From: a virus
Lineage: Duplodnaviria; Caudoviricetes
DNA: 64,000 nt
Virus record (IMG/VR): IMGVR_UViG_3300002220_000674
Coordinates: 3,215 to 67,214 of that record
Direction: 5' to 3' (one strand)
Below, in pieces: positions 29,271 through 39,498 of this stretch. Both the position numbers and the translations under genes were made by a program. How positions within the stretch are numbered: position 1 is the first letter of the stretch; each line of letters opens with the position of its first letter. A model generated the notes under the pieces. That model was given only the letters and a program-made list of their open reading frames with translations. It made no database searches and was not told the DNA's origin.

Positions 29271-30217
29271 AAATTCTCCTTGGAGTTGCATTGTATATTA
29301 TTTAATAAGGCGAACTCACCAAATTGTTTACGTGCTTCTTTGTTGTATACCTGTGCTGCTCTTATCTCAGATTTATAAGATCCTATGTATTTACCTGCTA
29401 ACTGAACAATCCAACGATTTCTGTTTTTAGTAACTCCTTTGTATCCTTCTTTTTTACGTTTAGCACTATTCATAGAATTTTCTGAAGGAGTACAAAATCG
29501 AAGATTACTTTTCCGATTATCTAAAGTATCTCCATTGATATGATCAACATGTTGTGTTTTTGTACGATCACCTGTAGGACTAATTCCCATAACCAATTGA
29601 TGAAGAGCAACTCTTGGTTTAATTGTATCACTATACACCAAATGTCGAACAATTCCATTTTTTCGTTTATGAGAAATTTTGTACCATTTGTAATCTTTAA
29701 TTAACAAATAATCATCAGCATCAACAATGGCTTTTAAACCATTAAAGTTACCATATATATCTGCTAAATAAATAAAACAATTTACATCTTCCATTACAAA
29801 CTTATTAGGATCTTTTTGACTGCGACCTGTACTGGTAATTTTTCCATACAAAGACCATTGTCGATAATGCCGTTGACAAACTTCTTTTGGTTTCCCATTT
29901 AAATCAATTAAACAAATAGAAGGTTTTGAGCATTTCTGTATTTCACAAACCCCTTTAGGAAGAACAGATACTTTTTTTACTGTATCAGGAGTACCATAAC
30001 GATACACCCTTTTATAATGCATCGTACAATAACCAAGTGCTTCTACATTTTTAAAACATCCAGAAATTTTACAATCTACATGTGTGTTTCTTTCCCTGAC
30101 TAAAATCTTTTCAGGATCACCATGTCTACGAAAACGTCCGTAATGTTTAATGCAAAAACCTTTAGTTCCTGCTATGGTTTTACAACCTTCCACTTTACAT
30201 ACCTTCTCTTGTTTCAT
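29267..30217 (-). CDS. free-standing HNH homing endonuclease with three N-terminal Cys/His repeats and a C-terminal AP2 domain
   Basis: CxxxGC..C..HY.R repeats; VDHINGDTLDNRKSNLR; GYKGV..W..A..YN..A..FGEFA.LN. Confidence 0.9.
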   Translation of the reverse strand: MKQEKVCKVEGCKTIAGTKGFCIKHYGRFRRHGDPEKILVRERNTHVDCKISGCFKNVEALGYCTMHYKRVYRYGTPDTVKKVSVLPKGVCEIQKCSKPSICLIDLNGKPKEVCQRHYRQWSLYGKITSTGRSQKDPNKFVMEDVNCFIYLADIYGNFNGLKAIVDADDYLLIKDYKWYKISHKRKNGIVRHLVYSDTIKPRVALHQLVMGISPTGDRTKTQHVDHINGDTLDNRKSNLRFCTPSENSMNSAKRKKEGYKGVTKNRNRWIVQLAGKYIGSYKSEIRAAQVYNKEARKQFGEFALLNNIQCNSKENL

Positions 30218-30223
30218 TTTCCA

Positions 30224-30287
30224 ACTCCCTCTTTTTAATGGGTTAAAAGTTAGAGGGAGTATATCAGTTAATTTCTATAATTGTCAA
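30224..30287 (-). promoter_or_regulatory. sigma70-like promoter overlapping an RBS-sequestering hairpin upstream of the HNH gene
   Basis: TTGACA (30287-30282), 18 nt, then TG-n-TATACT (30263-30258). Hairpin 30224-30260 has 9+6 bp, a 3-nt bulge and a 4-nt loop, and pairs the GAGGGAG Shine-Dalgarno. Confidence 0.75.
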
Positions 30288-30290
30288 GCG

Positions 30291-31556
30291 TTAAGATTCG
30301 GATATTGCTGTGTCGGACGAAACTGTCAATACGACCGATGTGTCCGGTGCATACAATACAGGTAGTCCTTTATTCTGAATCCTGAGCCAAATACCATCAG
30401 GGTCCCATTCCAGTTTGGTATCAGCATACATACCCCATACACGTTCAACCATAAACGGAGCTTTCATAAACTCAGCAATTTTCTGTCCATTGCCATCAGT
30501 GGTATTGAACATGAAGAAAGTATGATCATCAATAAATTTTTTCCGCATGATCACTTTATCCCGATTTGCCCTGAGATTTGTAGATGGATTGGGATCTGCA
30601 TCATTTATTTTAGTTACAGTAATTGTTCCGTTTACTTTATCCACAGAAGCAATCTTGTAATCGTACCAAGTATTGTGCTGATTCATGACAACACAACGGG
30701 CTTTTCCACCAACTTCAAAATCGGATACATCATCCAAAGTCAAAGTCAGTCCTGCACCACCACTGATAGAAGTAATCCATCCCTGTACTTCATACAGTTC
30801 ATCATAAACCATAATGTTACCCACACCAATCAAAGCACCAATAACACCAGCAGGATTTTTAAACAGATCACCATCTCCAAAAGCACTCTTAGTCAAAAGA
30901 GCTTGCATACTCGTATCAAGCATAAGAGTTTTCAAAACAGTAGAATTACACATGGCATATTCAACACCAACTCCTGCATCATCAGACAAAAGAGTTTTGG
31001 CATCAAAAATATCTTCAATAGTATTTCTTGCTGAACCACCATCCCATCTACGGGTATCATCCAAAGTAATAAAATGACTTTCAGGAATACCATAACTTAC
31101 TGAAATCTTGGTCCCACCCTGCATCAAATAAGTCATCGTACCTTTAGTCAGCATCTGTGCCATCATCCACTCTTTTCTACGATCACATCTGAATCGAATT
31201 TTCTGTGCGCCTTTGGCAAGTTGTCTGGCAGCCGTTTGATAAGTAGCATAAGAACCAGGTTCTCTGAGATTGTTCAGGAACACTTCATCAAAAAACATTT
31301 TCTCTTTCCAAAATGCTGCCTTTGCATTTGCATGACTGATACCATCAATTCCCACAGAAGGTGCAACAGAACCGGGGGCAACAAAAGGAGTCATCCCACC
31401 AGAACTATATTCAATTTCCCATTCAATAGAATCTGAAGGATAATCAGCTTCTGGAAACAAATTACTGAAAAACATATTTGGGGCTTTATCAAACTTACTG
31501 ATCAGCTTATTCAGTGTCGTAAGATGTAAAGCCGGAATTCCTTGTGAACCTTTCAT
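30291..31556 (-). CDS. major capsid protein (lambda gpE-like) with an insertion
   Basis: MTPFVAP, R.E.M..Q.L..G and capsid-E-like C-terminus; GGAGG RBS. Confidence 0.9.
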   Translation of the reverse strand: MKGSQGIPALHLTTLNKLISKFDKAPNMFFSNLFPEADYPSDSIEWEIEYSSGGMTPFVAPGSVAPSVGIDGISHANAKAAFWKEKMFFDEVFLNNLREPGSYATYQTAARQLAKGAQKIRFRCDRRKEWMMAQMLTKGTMTYLMQGGTKISVSYGIPESHFITLDDTRRWDGGSARNTIEDIFDAKTLLSDDAGVGVEYAMCNSTVLKTLMLDTSMQALLTKSAFGDGDLFKNPAGVIGALIGVGNIMVYDELYEVQGWITSISGGAGLTLTLDDVSDFEVGGKARCVVMNQHNTWYDYKIASVDKVNGTITVTKINDADPNPSTNLRANRDKVIMRKKFIDDHTFFMFNTTDGNGQKIAEFMKAPFMVERVWGMYADTKLEWDPDGIWLRIQNKGLPVLYAPDTSVVLTVSSDTAISES

Positions 31557-31570
31557 TTAGATATCCTCCA

Positions 31571-32200
31571 TTATTTCAGAATAAAAAATTGTCCGTCAAC
31601 AATACCAAGTGCAGCAATCGCCGTATTGTCTAGATTAATCATAGAGTTTTTGTAAAGAACAGCATTGGATAAAACAACTGAAGTATTTGCACCCACTGCA
31701 TCCTCACCAAAACCAGTATCAACATCCTGATCCAAAATGTACTTGGCAGTTGCTCCACCTTTGACAAAAAGAAACTCTCCTGCATTCAATGCAGAATATT
31801 CATCAACTGTGATGGTATCGTAATAATCTCCAAAAGTAATAGCTTCTACAGTAATATCTACAGTTTGCCCTACTTCACGAAGAATATCATCAACTGTCAG
31901 AATACCACCATATCCTTTAGGAATTTGAATCTCACCATCATTTACTGCCAAAATGGGAATACATCCAAGAGCAGAATCAGCCCCTGCAACTACAGTTGCC
32001 GGAACATACGGAATACACATACTATCTGCATCAACTGCAAGAACAGTACCTGCCTTTAACTGTCCAAAACCTTTTTTACAGGTCTTATCAATAATCAATG
32101 CTTGTTCTCGCCGTGAATGAAACAGTCGTTTAATCCCCGGACCTTCAGGATATCTGTTCATTTGTGGGGTGCTTCCCCCAAAACTACCTAAAAAAGTCAT
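31571..32200 (-). CDS. head decoration protein
   Basis: G.LKAGTVLA..PY motif; located between the protease and capsid genes. Confidence 0.7.
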   Translation of the reverse strand: MTFLGSFGGSTPQMNRYPEGPGIKRLFHSRREQALIIDKTCKKGFGQLKAGTVLAVDADSMCIPYVPATVVAGADSALGCIPILAVNDGEIQIPKGYGGILTVDDILREVGQTVDITVEAITFGDYYDTITVDEYSALNAGEFLFVKGGATAKYILDQDVDTGFGEDAVGANTSVVLSNAVLYKNSMINLDNTAIAALGIVDGQFFILK

Positions 32201-32222
32201 TTTATGTACCTCCTAAAATAAA

Positions 32223-33356
32223 TTATTTTACAAAGTTAAAAATTTTATCTGCTTCTGTTTCAGCATCTTCATCAGTGAAAGCACTCTTTGCAGGTTCTCT
32301 TTTATACGAACCAGTCCCTTTAATCTTTACTTCATCAGTGACAAGTCCTTTCCAATCTGCAAACTCAGCAACCAATGCTTCTTTAAACTTGTCAACATCC
32401 AGAACATCTTCTGAAACAAAATTAGTATAAGGAACAAGTCGCTGAATCTTTACTTTAAACTCTTCAGGAAGTTCAGAAACTTCAAACTCCGTTTCAAAAA
32501 TTCTTTCTGCTTCAAATTTTAATTCTTTTTTTCTTGCTGCACACAATTCAAGTTCCAGTTTTTCTAGACGTGCCTGCTGTTGATCCGTCATTTTGTTAGA
32601 ATTTTCTTTCAATTCATTAATCTGTTTGACAAGTTCTGTTTTTTCTACAGTAAATTTATCTTCCAAATCTCTTGTAATTTTTTCCTGAATACCTTTCTGG
32701 ATCTCAGCAAAAGCATCAGGCTCCTCCATTTTAAATTTTTCAATATCAAACATTTTAATCTCTCCTTTATCCTCTTTGTTTTTTTCAACTGTTTCCACAA
32801 AAAAAGTAATCTCTGCTTCATCCTTAAACGCTTTAGCTGATGTATTTGAATCTGCTCCAAACACACATACAGAACTTTCCTTTAACTCCCATTCTCTCCA
32901 TACATGACCGGGACCTTTCAATTTAAAACCATTTACTTCTGTAGATGCATCTTCTGTTACTTCCTCAATTCTAGTAGGAACTCCACGAATAGAACATTGA
33001 TATGGAAATCCTTCAGCAGATAATTTTTGAAATTCTTCTGATTCGGGAGTTGTCACAAAAGATGCATCAACTATTTCCAGTTTATTATCTTTAACACTGT
33101 ACTTGTGTGCAATTCCAATCTTACGGGCAAGGCTGTGTTCTTCTAAAATTGGTGTAGAACTTTTTGGAATCTTCATACCTTTCAAATCAAATGCAACATT
33201 TCCCCAATACCAATGATTTTTAATAATGCCACCCGAATATGAAACCATAGTCAGTTTTTTCTTTTCCCCTTCAACTGCAAATACATTTACAGTTGCATCA
33301 GGATCTATGAAATGCAGTGCATCTCCTTTAACTTTTTTGGTTTGCTGTACCTTCAT
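32223..33356 (-). CDS. prohead protease-scaffold fusion
   Basis: PILEEH..IG, YQCSI and ESSVCVFGADSNT motifs; C-terminal coiled coil. Start moved to ATG 33356 behind AAGGAG. Confidence 0.8.
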   Translation of the reverse strand: MKVQQTKKVKGDALHFIDPDATVNVFAVEGEKKKLTMVSYSGGIIKNHWYWGNVAFDLKGMKIPKSSTPILEEHSLARKIGIAHKYSVKDNKLEIVDASFVTTPESEEFQKLSAEGFPYQCSIRGVPTRIEEVTEDASTEVNGFKLKGPGHVWREWELKESSVCVFGADSNTSAKAFKDEAEITFFVETVEKNKEDKGEIKMFDIEKFKMEEPDAFAEIQKGIQEKITRDLEDKFTVEKTELVKQINELKENSNKMTDQQQARLEKLELELCAARKKELKFEAERIFETEFEVSELPEEFKVKIQRLVPYTNFVSEDVLDVDKFKEALVAEFADWKGLVTDEVKIKGTGSYKREPAKSAFTDEDAETEADKIFNFVK

Positions 33357-35463
33357 ATTTAATAAACTCCTTATAGGATCTAATATCATCTCCGATTAAC
33401 TTTTTTAAATATGTGCAGTCTGTATCATAAGTATAGAATTTTAGTCCACTTTTTTGTGCCTGTGTCAGTCCACAACGACCGGGCATATTTTTAATTCCGA
33501 TAGCAATTGGTTGTTCTGGATCATAGATAAATTTCTTAATTGGTTTTTTACCAAAGTTAACACGGGCAGTACCTATACGTCTTTCAATAAAAGGTGGAAA
33601 CGGTTTAAAAAAAGTCATTCCTTTTTTTAATGGACCCATTGGCGATTCAAATGGTTGAGTGACAACTACACATTTTCTATCTAAAACAGTACCTGTCTGT
33701 GTCCAGATTTGAGAATCAAGTAATCCTTTTTCTGCAAGTCCCGGTATTTGATAAACAGACTGACAAAGATCTTTCATAAAAGGAATAACATTTCGATTAA
33801 AAACTGTTTGATAAAGTGCAGGTTGTTTGGATTTATGCCGATAATTAAAACCAGGAAACTTTAAACTATAAAACACTAAAGAACCTACACCTACCATATC
33901 ATATGATTGCAACCATTTCATCATTGTTTCTATATAAGTAGAATGATACCAGTCATCATCTTCAAAGATACAAATATTTGGTTGATTAATAACTTCAAGT
34001 CCTTCTAAAAAATTTAAACAAAGAGTGTGTTTAGGATCAGTAGATTTTGATTCTCTTCTTATATAAGTACTTTCAGCAGGTATTTCTTTTAAAGGAACTT
34101 TACCATCATCTATAATGATCCATTGTTTAACTGGAACAGTTTGTCGTTGCAACCATTTTTTACAAAGTTTAAACGCTTCAGGACGATCTCCGGTACATGT
34201 TATTGCTGTTACCGGATATGATTGTGGGATTTCAATTTTTGGTGGAGTGACAACAACTTCTTCTTTATAATTAGGTTCTGGTTTTCCATAACTGACAGCT
34301 AACGCTGTACTATATATTTTATCCTGCCAAAAAATTTTATAGTTTTGTTTAAACACATCTGTAATAAAATTATAATCTGCACCCTGATTGATACAAAATT
34401 TTGATGCATGTTTTTGATATACTTCTTTAGTGACAACAAAATTTGCCATATCAATATGAGCAAACTGAGGTTTATTTTTCCAAACAACATCAGTGGGATA
34501 TACTTTATTTTTACGAGTCCCTTTAATTATAATCACATCAGGAGCATGTTCTTTTACAATTGCTTTTATATCAGCAACAAATGAATCATTTATCAAAACA
34601 TTATCATCATCTAAAATAAAAACGTAATCACTTGTTATTGCTGGACTATTTACATATAAAGATTTATTTGCAAAAGCAACTCCTTTTCCTATCTTATCCA
34701 GTAATACCATATGATAAAAATCTCGATCAGTTTGACGCAAAAGACTCTCCATATTTTGTAAATAAAGATTAGGTCTTTTAGGATGTTTTCTTGTGACAAC
34801 AGTTAGAAATTGTTTAACTGTTTTCCATCTAGAAGTATCTGTAAATTCTACTGGTGCAATTTTTCGTGTTCCTCTGCCATAGTGTTTGATATAATCAAAA
34901 ATAGGAAACTCTTTTAAAATCTTTTCGGATAGTCTTTGATTATATATCTCAACCATTGTTTCAATACAAGGGGAACCATGATGAACAAAAGGGGGATACT
35001 TAAAATACTGCGCACAATTTAATAACATAAATACAGGATGAAGATAAGAAATTTTAATAGAATGTTTATTTGATCTATGAAAGTATCCATCTTTACAAAG
35101 TTTTTCAAAATACCCAACACCATAAGTTTCTTCTTCCATTGCTGCTAACATCTTTCCAACAGCAGGTCTGTTTACTTTAATATCTGAATCAAACAAAAGA
35201 ACATATGGTGTTGTTACTTGTTGGATTCCAAAATGCATACCATCTCCATGTCCAATATTAAATCCTTTACAATATACTTTAGTATATGGATCTTTAAGTT
35301 CTGAAACATATTGGTAACAATCATTTTCTACATTAGATCCATCGACAATAATAATGGGCATCGTTGGATAAAACCTACGCATAGAAGTTAAAGCCGTGTG
35401 TGCAAACCCTTTTGTATTATATGTAACCATTACACCAGTAACATTCGTATCAATTTTTTTCAT
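33328..35463 (-). CDS. 711-aa protein with three tandem GT-A glycosyltransferase domains
   Basis: Three DxD-type motifs (LLFDSD, FILDDDN, IFEDDDWY), each in a GT2-like unit. Confidence 0.85.
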   Translation of the reverse strand: MKKIDTNVTGVMVTYNTKGFAHTALTSMRRFYPTMPIIIVDGSNVENDCYQYVSELKDPYTKVYCKGFNIGHGDGMHFGIQQVTTPYVLLFDSDIKVNRPAVGKMLAAMEEETYGVGYFEKLCKDGYFHRSNKHSIKISYLHPVFMLLNCAQYFKYPPFVHHGSPCIETMVEIYNQRLSEKILKEFPIFDYIKHYGRGTRKIAPVEFTDTSRWKTVKQFLTVVTRKHPKRPNLYLQNMESLLRQTDRDFYHMVLLDKIGKGVAFANKSLYVNSPAITSDYVFILDDDNVLINDSFVADIKAIVKEHAPDVIIIKGTRKNKVYPTDVVWKNKPQFAHIDMANFVVTKEVYQKHASKFCINQGADYNFITDVFKQNYKIFWQDKIYSTALAVSYGKPEPNYKEEVVVTPPKIEIPQSYPVTAITCTGDRPEAFKLCKKWLQRQTVPVKQWIIIDDGKVPLKEIPAESTYIRRESKSTDPKHTLCLNFLEGLEVINQPNICIFEDDDWYHSTYIETMMKWLQSYDMVGVGSLVFYSLKFPGFNYRHKSKQPALYQTVFNRNVIPFMKDLCQSVYQIPGLAEKGLLDSQIWTQTGTVLDRKCVVVTQPFESPMGPLKKGMTFFKPFPPFIERRIGTARVNFGKKPIKKFIYDPEQPIAIGIKNMPGRCGLTQAQKSGLKFYTYDTDCTYLKKLIGDDIRSYKEFIKYEGTANQKS

Positions 35464-35471
35464 ACATTACC

Positions 35472-35930
35472 CTATAAAGACTGGCTTAGTTTATTAATAG
35501 TTTCTGTCCGATGAAATCCCAATCGTAACCATACATTCCATAAATGTTCTTTGTCTGTATGAACTTCAAAACGAGTAACACCTTTGCTGATCATATGGCT
35601 CATACCCATATAAGCAAAAAATTTATAAAACCCATTGCTTCTGTATTCAGGATATGTAAAAGCTGCATGAAATGTACCAATGGTGTCTTTATAAGTAATG
35701 TACATCGTAGATATAATTTTTGCTTTATCAGTAATAAACATTATCCATGAACCTTTAATCACATTCCATTTTTTACCTCGCAACTGTTCCCATTCCTTTC
35801 TCAACTTAGGACTGACTTCTTCTTCATATAAAGCAAACATCTTATAAGATTCTTTAAGTTTACGAGTTTTTTCATCAAAACAATTTGGAAAGTCAAGTTC
35901 ATTTAGTTCTGCTGCAAAATAATTAGCCAC
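35472..35930 (-). CDS. GNAT-family acetyltransferase
   Basis: FTYPEYRSNG acetyl-CoA motif; W.RLGF C-terminus. Confidence 0.7.
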   Translation of the reverse strand: MANYFAAELNELDFPNCFDEKTRKLKESYKMFALYEEEVSPKLRKEWEQLRGKKWNVIKGSWIMFITDKAKIISTMYITYKDTIGTFHAAFTYPEYRSNGFYKFFAYMGMSHMISKGVTRFEVHTDKEHLWNVWLRLGFHRTETINKLSQSL

Positions 35931-36438
35931 CTATATTCTCCTTTATAATTCTGACTAGTCGTTTACGTTCATGGTTTGTAATAAAATCATGGAACACATA
36001 TGGACCAAGGCTTTGTTTCTTAGACCTTACACATGAATAAATCTGTAAAGCTGTTTCATATTGCTCTTCTGTAAAATCAGTATAGGGAAAAACAAAACAG
36101 ATCGGTTTTACACCAAATATTTTCTTAATCCATTTTCTACTGGCAACCATTTCATAAACTACTTCATCTAAAGGCATCTGTGAAAAATGTTTATGTGATA
36201 CTGTATGGCTTGCAATCTGCCATCCCTTGCTAAGTAAAAAACGAATCTCTTTTTTTGAAAGTACAGGAAGTACACGATTCCCATATCGTTTGGTATGTGT
36301 AATATTTTTTCCTACCATTGATGTGATTACACCGAGAACTTTTGGATAGGGATAATTTTTTACAATAGGATATGCATAAGTAAGAACGTCTTTATAACAG
36401 TCATCAAAAAAAAGTGTTTGATCAGGTAAAGTTTTCAT
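35923..36438 (-). CDS. NodB-type polysaccharide deacetylase
   Basis: FFDD, GWQIASHTVSH and FVFPY motifs. Start moved to ATG 36438. Confidence 0.85.
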   Translation of the reverse strand: MKTLPDQTLFFDDCYKDVLTYAYPIVKNYPYPKVLGVITSMVGKNITHTKRYGNRVLPVLSKKEIRFLLSKGWQIASHTVSHKHFSQMPLDEVVYEMVASRKWIKKIFGVKPICFVFPYTDFTEEQYETALQIYSCVRSKKQSLGPYVFHDFITNHERKRLVRIIKENIGG

Positions 36439-37114
36439 ACAACCCCATTTTAAATAATTGAGTGACAACTTCTTCTTTTCTTTTTGCAACACCATTTCTC
36501 TTATAAGTATCATGTTTATCAGGATGATGATCCAATCGTTTTTCTATGCACATTCCTTTTCTACTTAACTTTGCATAAACTGCATATGAAAACCAAAGAT
36601 CCTGACAGTTTGCTTTGTACTGATCAGGCCATGTTTCCACAATATCTGTATGGTCAAGGATATTTCGATCAATAACCATTCCTCCTGTACCACAATAATT
36701 TACAACTTGATTTGGACTTGCCATAGGAGTTCTCCAATAACCAATCTTTGGTTTTATTGCCCGACTCCACCAAGAACAGATATGCTGCTTTCCATATTGT
36801 TTATGACATTTATTCATATAAGAAATAAAATCTATATGAGGAAACTGGTCATCATCAAAAAAGATAACAGGATTTCCAACACTGATCTTTGCCATAAGAA
36901 ATCTTGCATACCCATAAAGATTTTGTTGTGAATGAACCACATGACAATCCACATTACTTTGTATTGTCATCTCATTTACTTTATCTTGTATTTCAATATT
37001 ATTATTCCAAATCCAGAAGGAAAAATTTTTATTGGTTTGTCTTTCTAAGCGGTCAAGTATCTCAGGAAGGTTTTGTTCTCGTTTCCATAAACACATAACA
37101 ACAGCAATAGGCAT
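36422..37114 (-). CDS. glycosyltransferase family 2-like
   Basis: VVMCLWKR..L..QT; IFFDDD. Confidence 0.85.
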   Translation of the reverse strand: MPIAVVMCLWKREQNLPEILDRLERQTNKNFSFWIWNNNIEIQDKVNEMTIQSNVDCHVVHSQQNLYGYARFLMAKISVGNPVIFFDDDQFPHIDFISYMNKCHKQYGKQHICSWWSRAIKPKIGYWRTPMASPNQVVNYCGTGGMVIDRNILDHTDIVETWPDQYKANCQDLWFSYAVYAKLSRKGMCIEKRLDHHPDKHDTYKRNGVAKRKEEVVTQLFKMGLYENFT

Positions 37115-37116
37115 GA

Positions 37117-37803
37117 TTAAATTTCTCTATACGAAGTAACTGTTATTGGAAGATCCAAATACATACATTGTTTCATTTTCTCTTTACAATTTTTTCTAAA
37201 TTCAGAATCAGGACCTGTCTTTGGATCAACTGTTAAAGCATCAGGATGTTTTCTTCTGATAAAGTATGCTTTCTTTTTTAAATTCTTAATAGGAATTCCA
37301 CAATGAATAAGTCTTTCTTTAAAATCACTGTCTGCTCCTACACGATACCCACGAAATCCATTCATGTCCAAAAAAGTTTTGTGTTGTATTCCAAACACAC
37401 CATTGGCAGTTATCTGTGATTTTTTTAAAGTAACTTTACTACCACATATTTGTTGATAGCAAAAACGTACAACAGGATAATGAGACAAGTTATGATAAAC
37501 TTCATAGACAAGTCCATCTAACATAATATCATCAGCATTAAATATAATAACCTTATCATAACCTGTTGAAAAAATAAGACTGTTTAATACAACATAAGGT
37601 CCTTGATTTTTTTCAAACCAGTAAAGTTTTAAATTATTATAGTTGTTTCGGATCTGTTCCAGTTTTTTAAGTGTGGAATGACAACCATCTATTCCCACTT
37701 TAATTTCAAAATCACCAAGACATTTTTGGTTGGCTACAGAATTTAAACATTCTTCAATAAACGGGGCGGCTTTATAAGCAGGGATAACAATGGATAAGGT
37801 CAT
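37117..37803 (-). CDS. glycosyltransferase family 2
   Basis: SIVIPAYK..IEECLNSV..Q; IDG; NADD; GADSDF. Confidence 0.9.
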   Translation of the reverse strand: MTLSIVIPAYKAAPFIEECLNSVANQKCLGDFEIKVGIDGCHSTLKKLEQIRNNYNNLKLYWFEKNQGPYVVLNSLIFSTGYDKVIIFNADDIMLDGLVYEVYHNLSHYPVVRFCYQQICGSKVTLKKSQITANGVFGIQHKTFLDMNGFRGYRVGADSDFKERLIHCGIPIKNLKKKAYFIRRKHPDALTVDPKTGPDSEFRKNCKEKMKQCMYLDLPITVTSYREI

Positions 37804-38318
37804 TATTTAAAACTCCATACATAAATGATTCGAGTACCTATTTGTTTTACTTTTACAGGTTTGATAAAACTAGTCCATTTAGCAATAGTTTCCTTAGTGA
37901 TATTATAATGACAATCATTAGAGGCACATTTCCATTTATAAGGAAAAGATAAAATAGCATTATGACTGATCCTCATCACTTCTTTGAATGCCTCAACCTG
38001 ATTGGTAAGATGTTCCCATACCTGTAAGGCAACAAATAAATCAAACTGTTTATCTTTTAAAGGAAAAGGAATTTCATTAAGATCATGACAGATACTATTT
38101 GTCTTTGGAACAAATTCAGGAATAATATCTATTACAAAAGAATTTGAATCTAATGAAATTCCCTGAGTTCCTGCTTCACATATATTTTTTGGACCAAATA
38201 CTTTAATCTCATTTAATACCCATTGCATATATGACCATCTATTTTCTAATGTTTTACTCCAATACTTCATTCCATTTGTTTGAACTAATCGTTCATATCT
38301 TTTCCTGTTCAAATACAT
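37803..38318 (-). CDS. class I SAM methyltransferase-like
   Basis: CEAGT; DLNEIPFP..FDLFVALQVWEHL. Confidence 0.75.
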   Translation of the reverse strand: MYLNRKRYERLVQTNGMKYWSKTLENRWSYMQWVLNEIKVFGPKNICEAGTQGISLDSNSFVIDIIPEFVPKTNSICHDLNEIPFPLKDKQFDLFVALQVWEHLTNQVEAFKEVMRISHNAILSFPYKWKCASNDCHYNITKETIAKWTSFIKPVKVKQIGTRIIYVWSFK

Positions 38319-38992
38319 TATTCAGATTCCTTTGATTTTTTCTTACTGTCAGATTCAAAAAATTTCTTTTCTTCAATTTTCTGCAAAGGATGTTTACCAT
38401 GAGAAGAAAATAAAATATGAATAATAACTACATCTTCAGTAACAGGATCTTTAATTGGTAAAGCAAATACACTAACAAAAAATTCCGTAAATAAATCAAA
38501 GACATCACTTCCATAAACACGAAAATGTCCATGTTTTGTTGAATCAGGAACTCCCCAATCAATAGTATGTATATATCGAACAGGAGAAGGAACCGTAATA
38601 ATAACTACTCCTTCTTTTTTAATTATCCGGGCAAGTTCTTTAACAGCTTTCCGATCTTCTTTAATATGTTCCAATACATGATTACAAATAATCATGTCAT
38701 AACTACAATCAGGTCTGTCTATATTACATAAATCTATACTGTTATTTCCACCAAAAACACTTCTTTCATAATCTTTAAACCATGTGGACACTACAGATTT
38801 ATCAGGAGCAAAGTGTAATGCATTCAATGTATTTAAAGGAACCTTAAATCTTATTTGATCAAAATAAAAACGAACTGCACGATGACGTTCTAAAGAATGA
38901 CAAGTACAACAGGAAGGAAATTTTTTTGAATGTGATAATCGAACACCGGGACCATAAGTAAATTTAGTCCCTTGGCATATATTACATATCAT
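38318..38992 (-). CDS. class I SAM methyltransferase with N-terminal zinc ribbon
   Basis: CxxC..CxxC; LHFAP; YDMIICNHVLEHI. Confidence 0.85.
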   Translation of the reverse strand: MICNICQGTKFTYGPGVRLSHSKKFPSCCTCHSLERHRAVRFYFDQIRFKVPLNTLNALHFAPDKSVVSTWFKDYERSVFGGNNSIDLCNIDRPDCSYDMIICNHVLEHIKEDRKAVKELARIIKKEGVVIITVPSPVRYIHTIDWGVPDSTKHGHFRVYGSDVFDLFTEFFVSVFALPIKDPVTEDVVIIHILFSSHGKHPLQKIEEKKFFESDSKKKSKESE

Positions 38993-39498
38993 TATTTCAT
39001 ACCTCCTACTCCTAAATTTATAACACCATGATCATACCCTCTTGGTTTAGTTAGTCTAAAAATATTTTTAAAGCCTGCTGCCCTTAAATTTTTATTTAAA
39101 CTATCATAGTCAAATATACATCGATGCCAATTCCACTTTTCACCATAGGTAAAAATCCGTCCATTAATCCATGTCATAAAATCATTATCTGAATTATATT
39201 TTCTCCATTCATCTCCACATCTTTTATTTAGATAACACTTAACAATATATTCAAAATCAGGGACCCATATCTCAATAACACCATCAGGTGATAAAATACG
39301 ATAAACCTCTTTTAATACTGCAACTGTTTTCCACCAACGAACATGTTCCAATACATGACTCATATAAACCAAATCAAAACTATTGTTTGGAAAAGGTAAC
39401 TTATCTTCTAAATTACCTATAATATCAGCATTTTCCATACCAAAAGTTTTCCAATCAATTCCAATTTTAGTTTTACCCGGTCCTATTTCAAGTTTCAT
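38992..39498 (-). CDS. class I SAM methyltransferase
   Basis: LEIGPG; LPFPNNSFDLVYMSHVLEH. Confidence 0.85.
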   Translation of the reverse strand: MKLEIGPGKTKIGIDWKTFGMENADIIGNLEDKLPFPNNSFDLVYMSHVLEHVRWWKTVAVLKEVYRILSPDGVIEIWVPDFEYIVKCYLNKRCGDEWRKYNSDNDFMTWINGRIFTYGEKWNWHRCIFDYDSLNKNLRAAGFKNIFRLTKPRGYDHGVINLGVGGMK

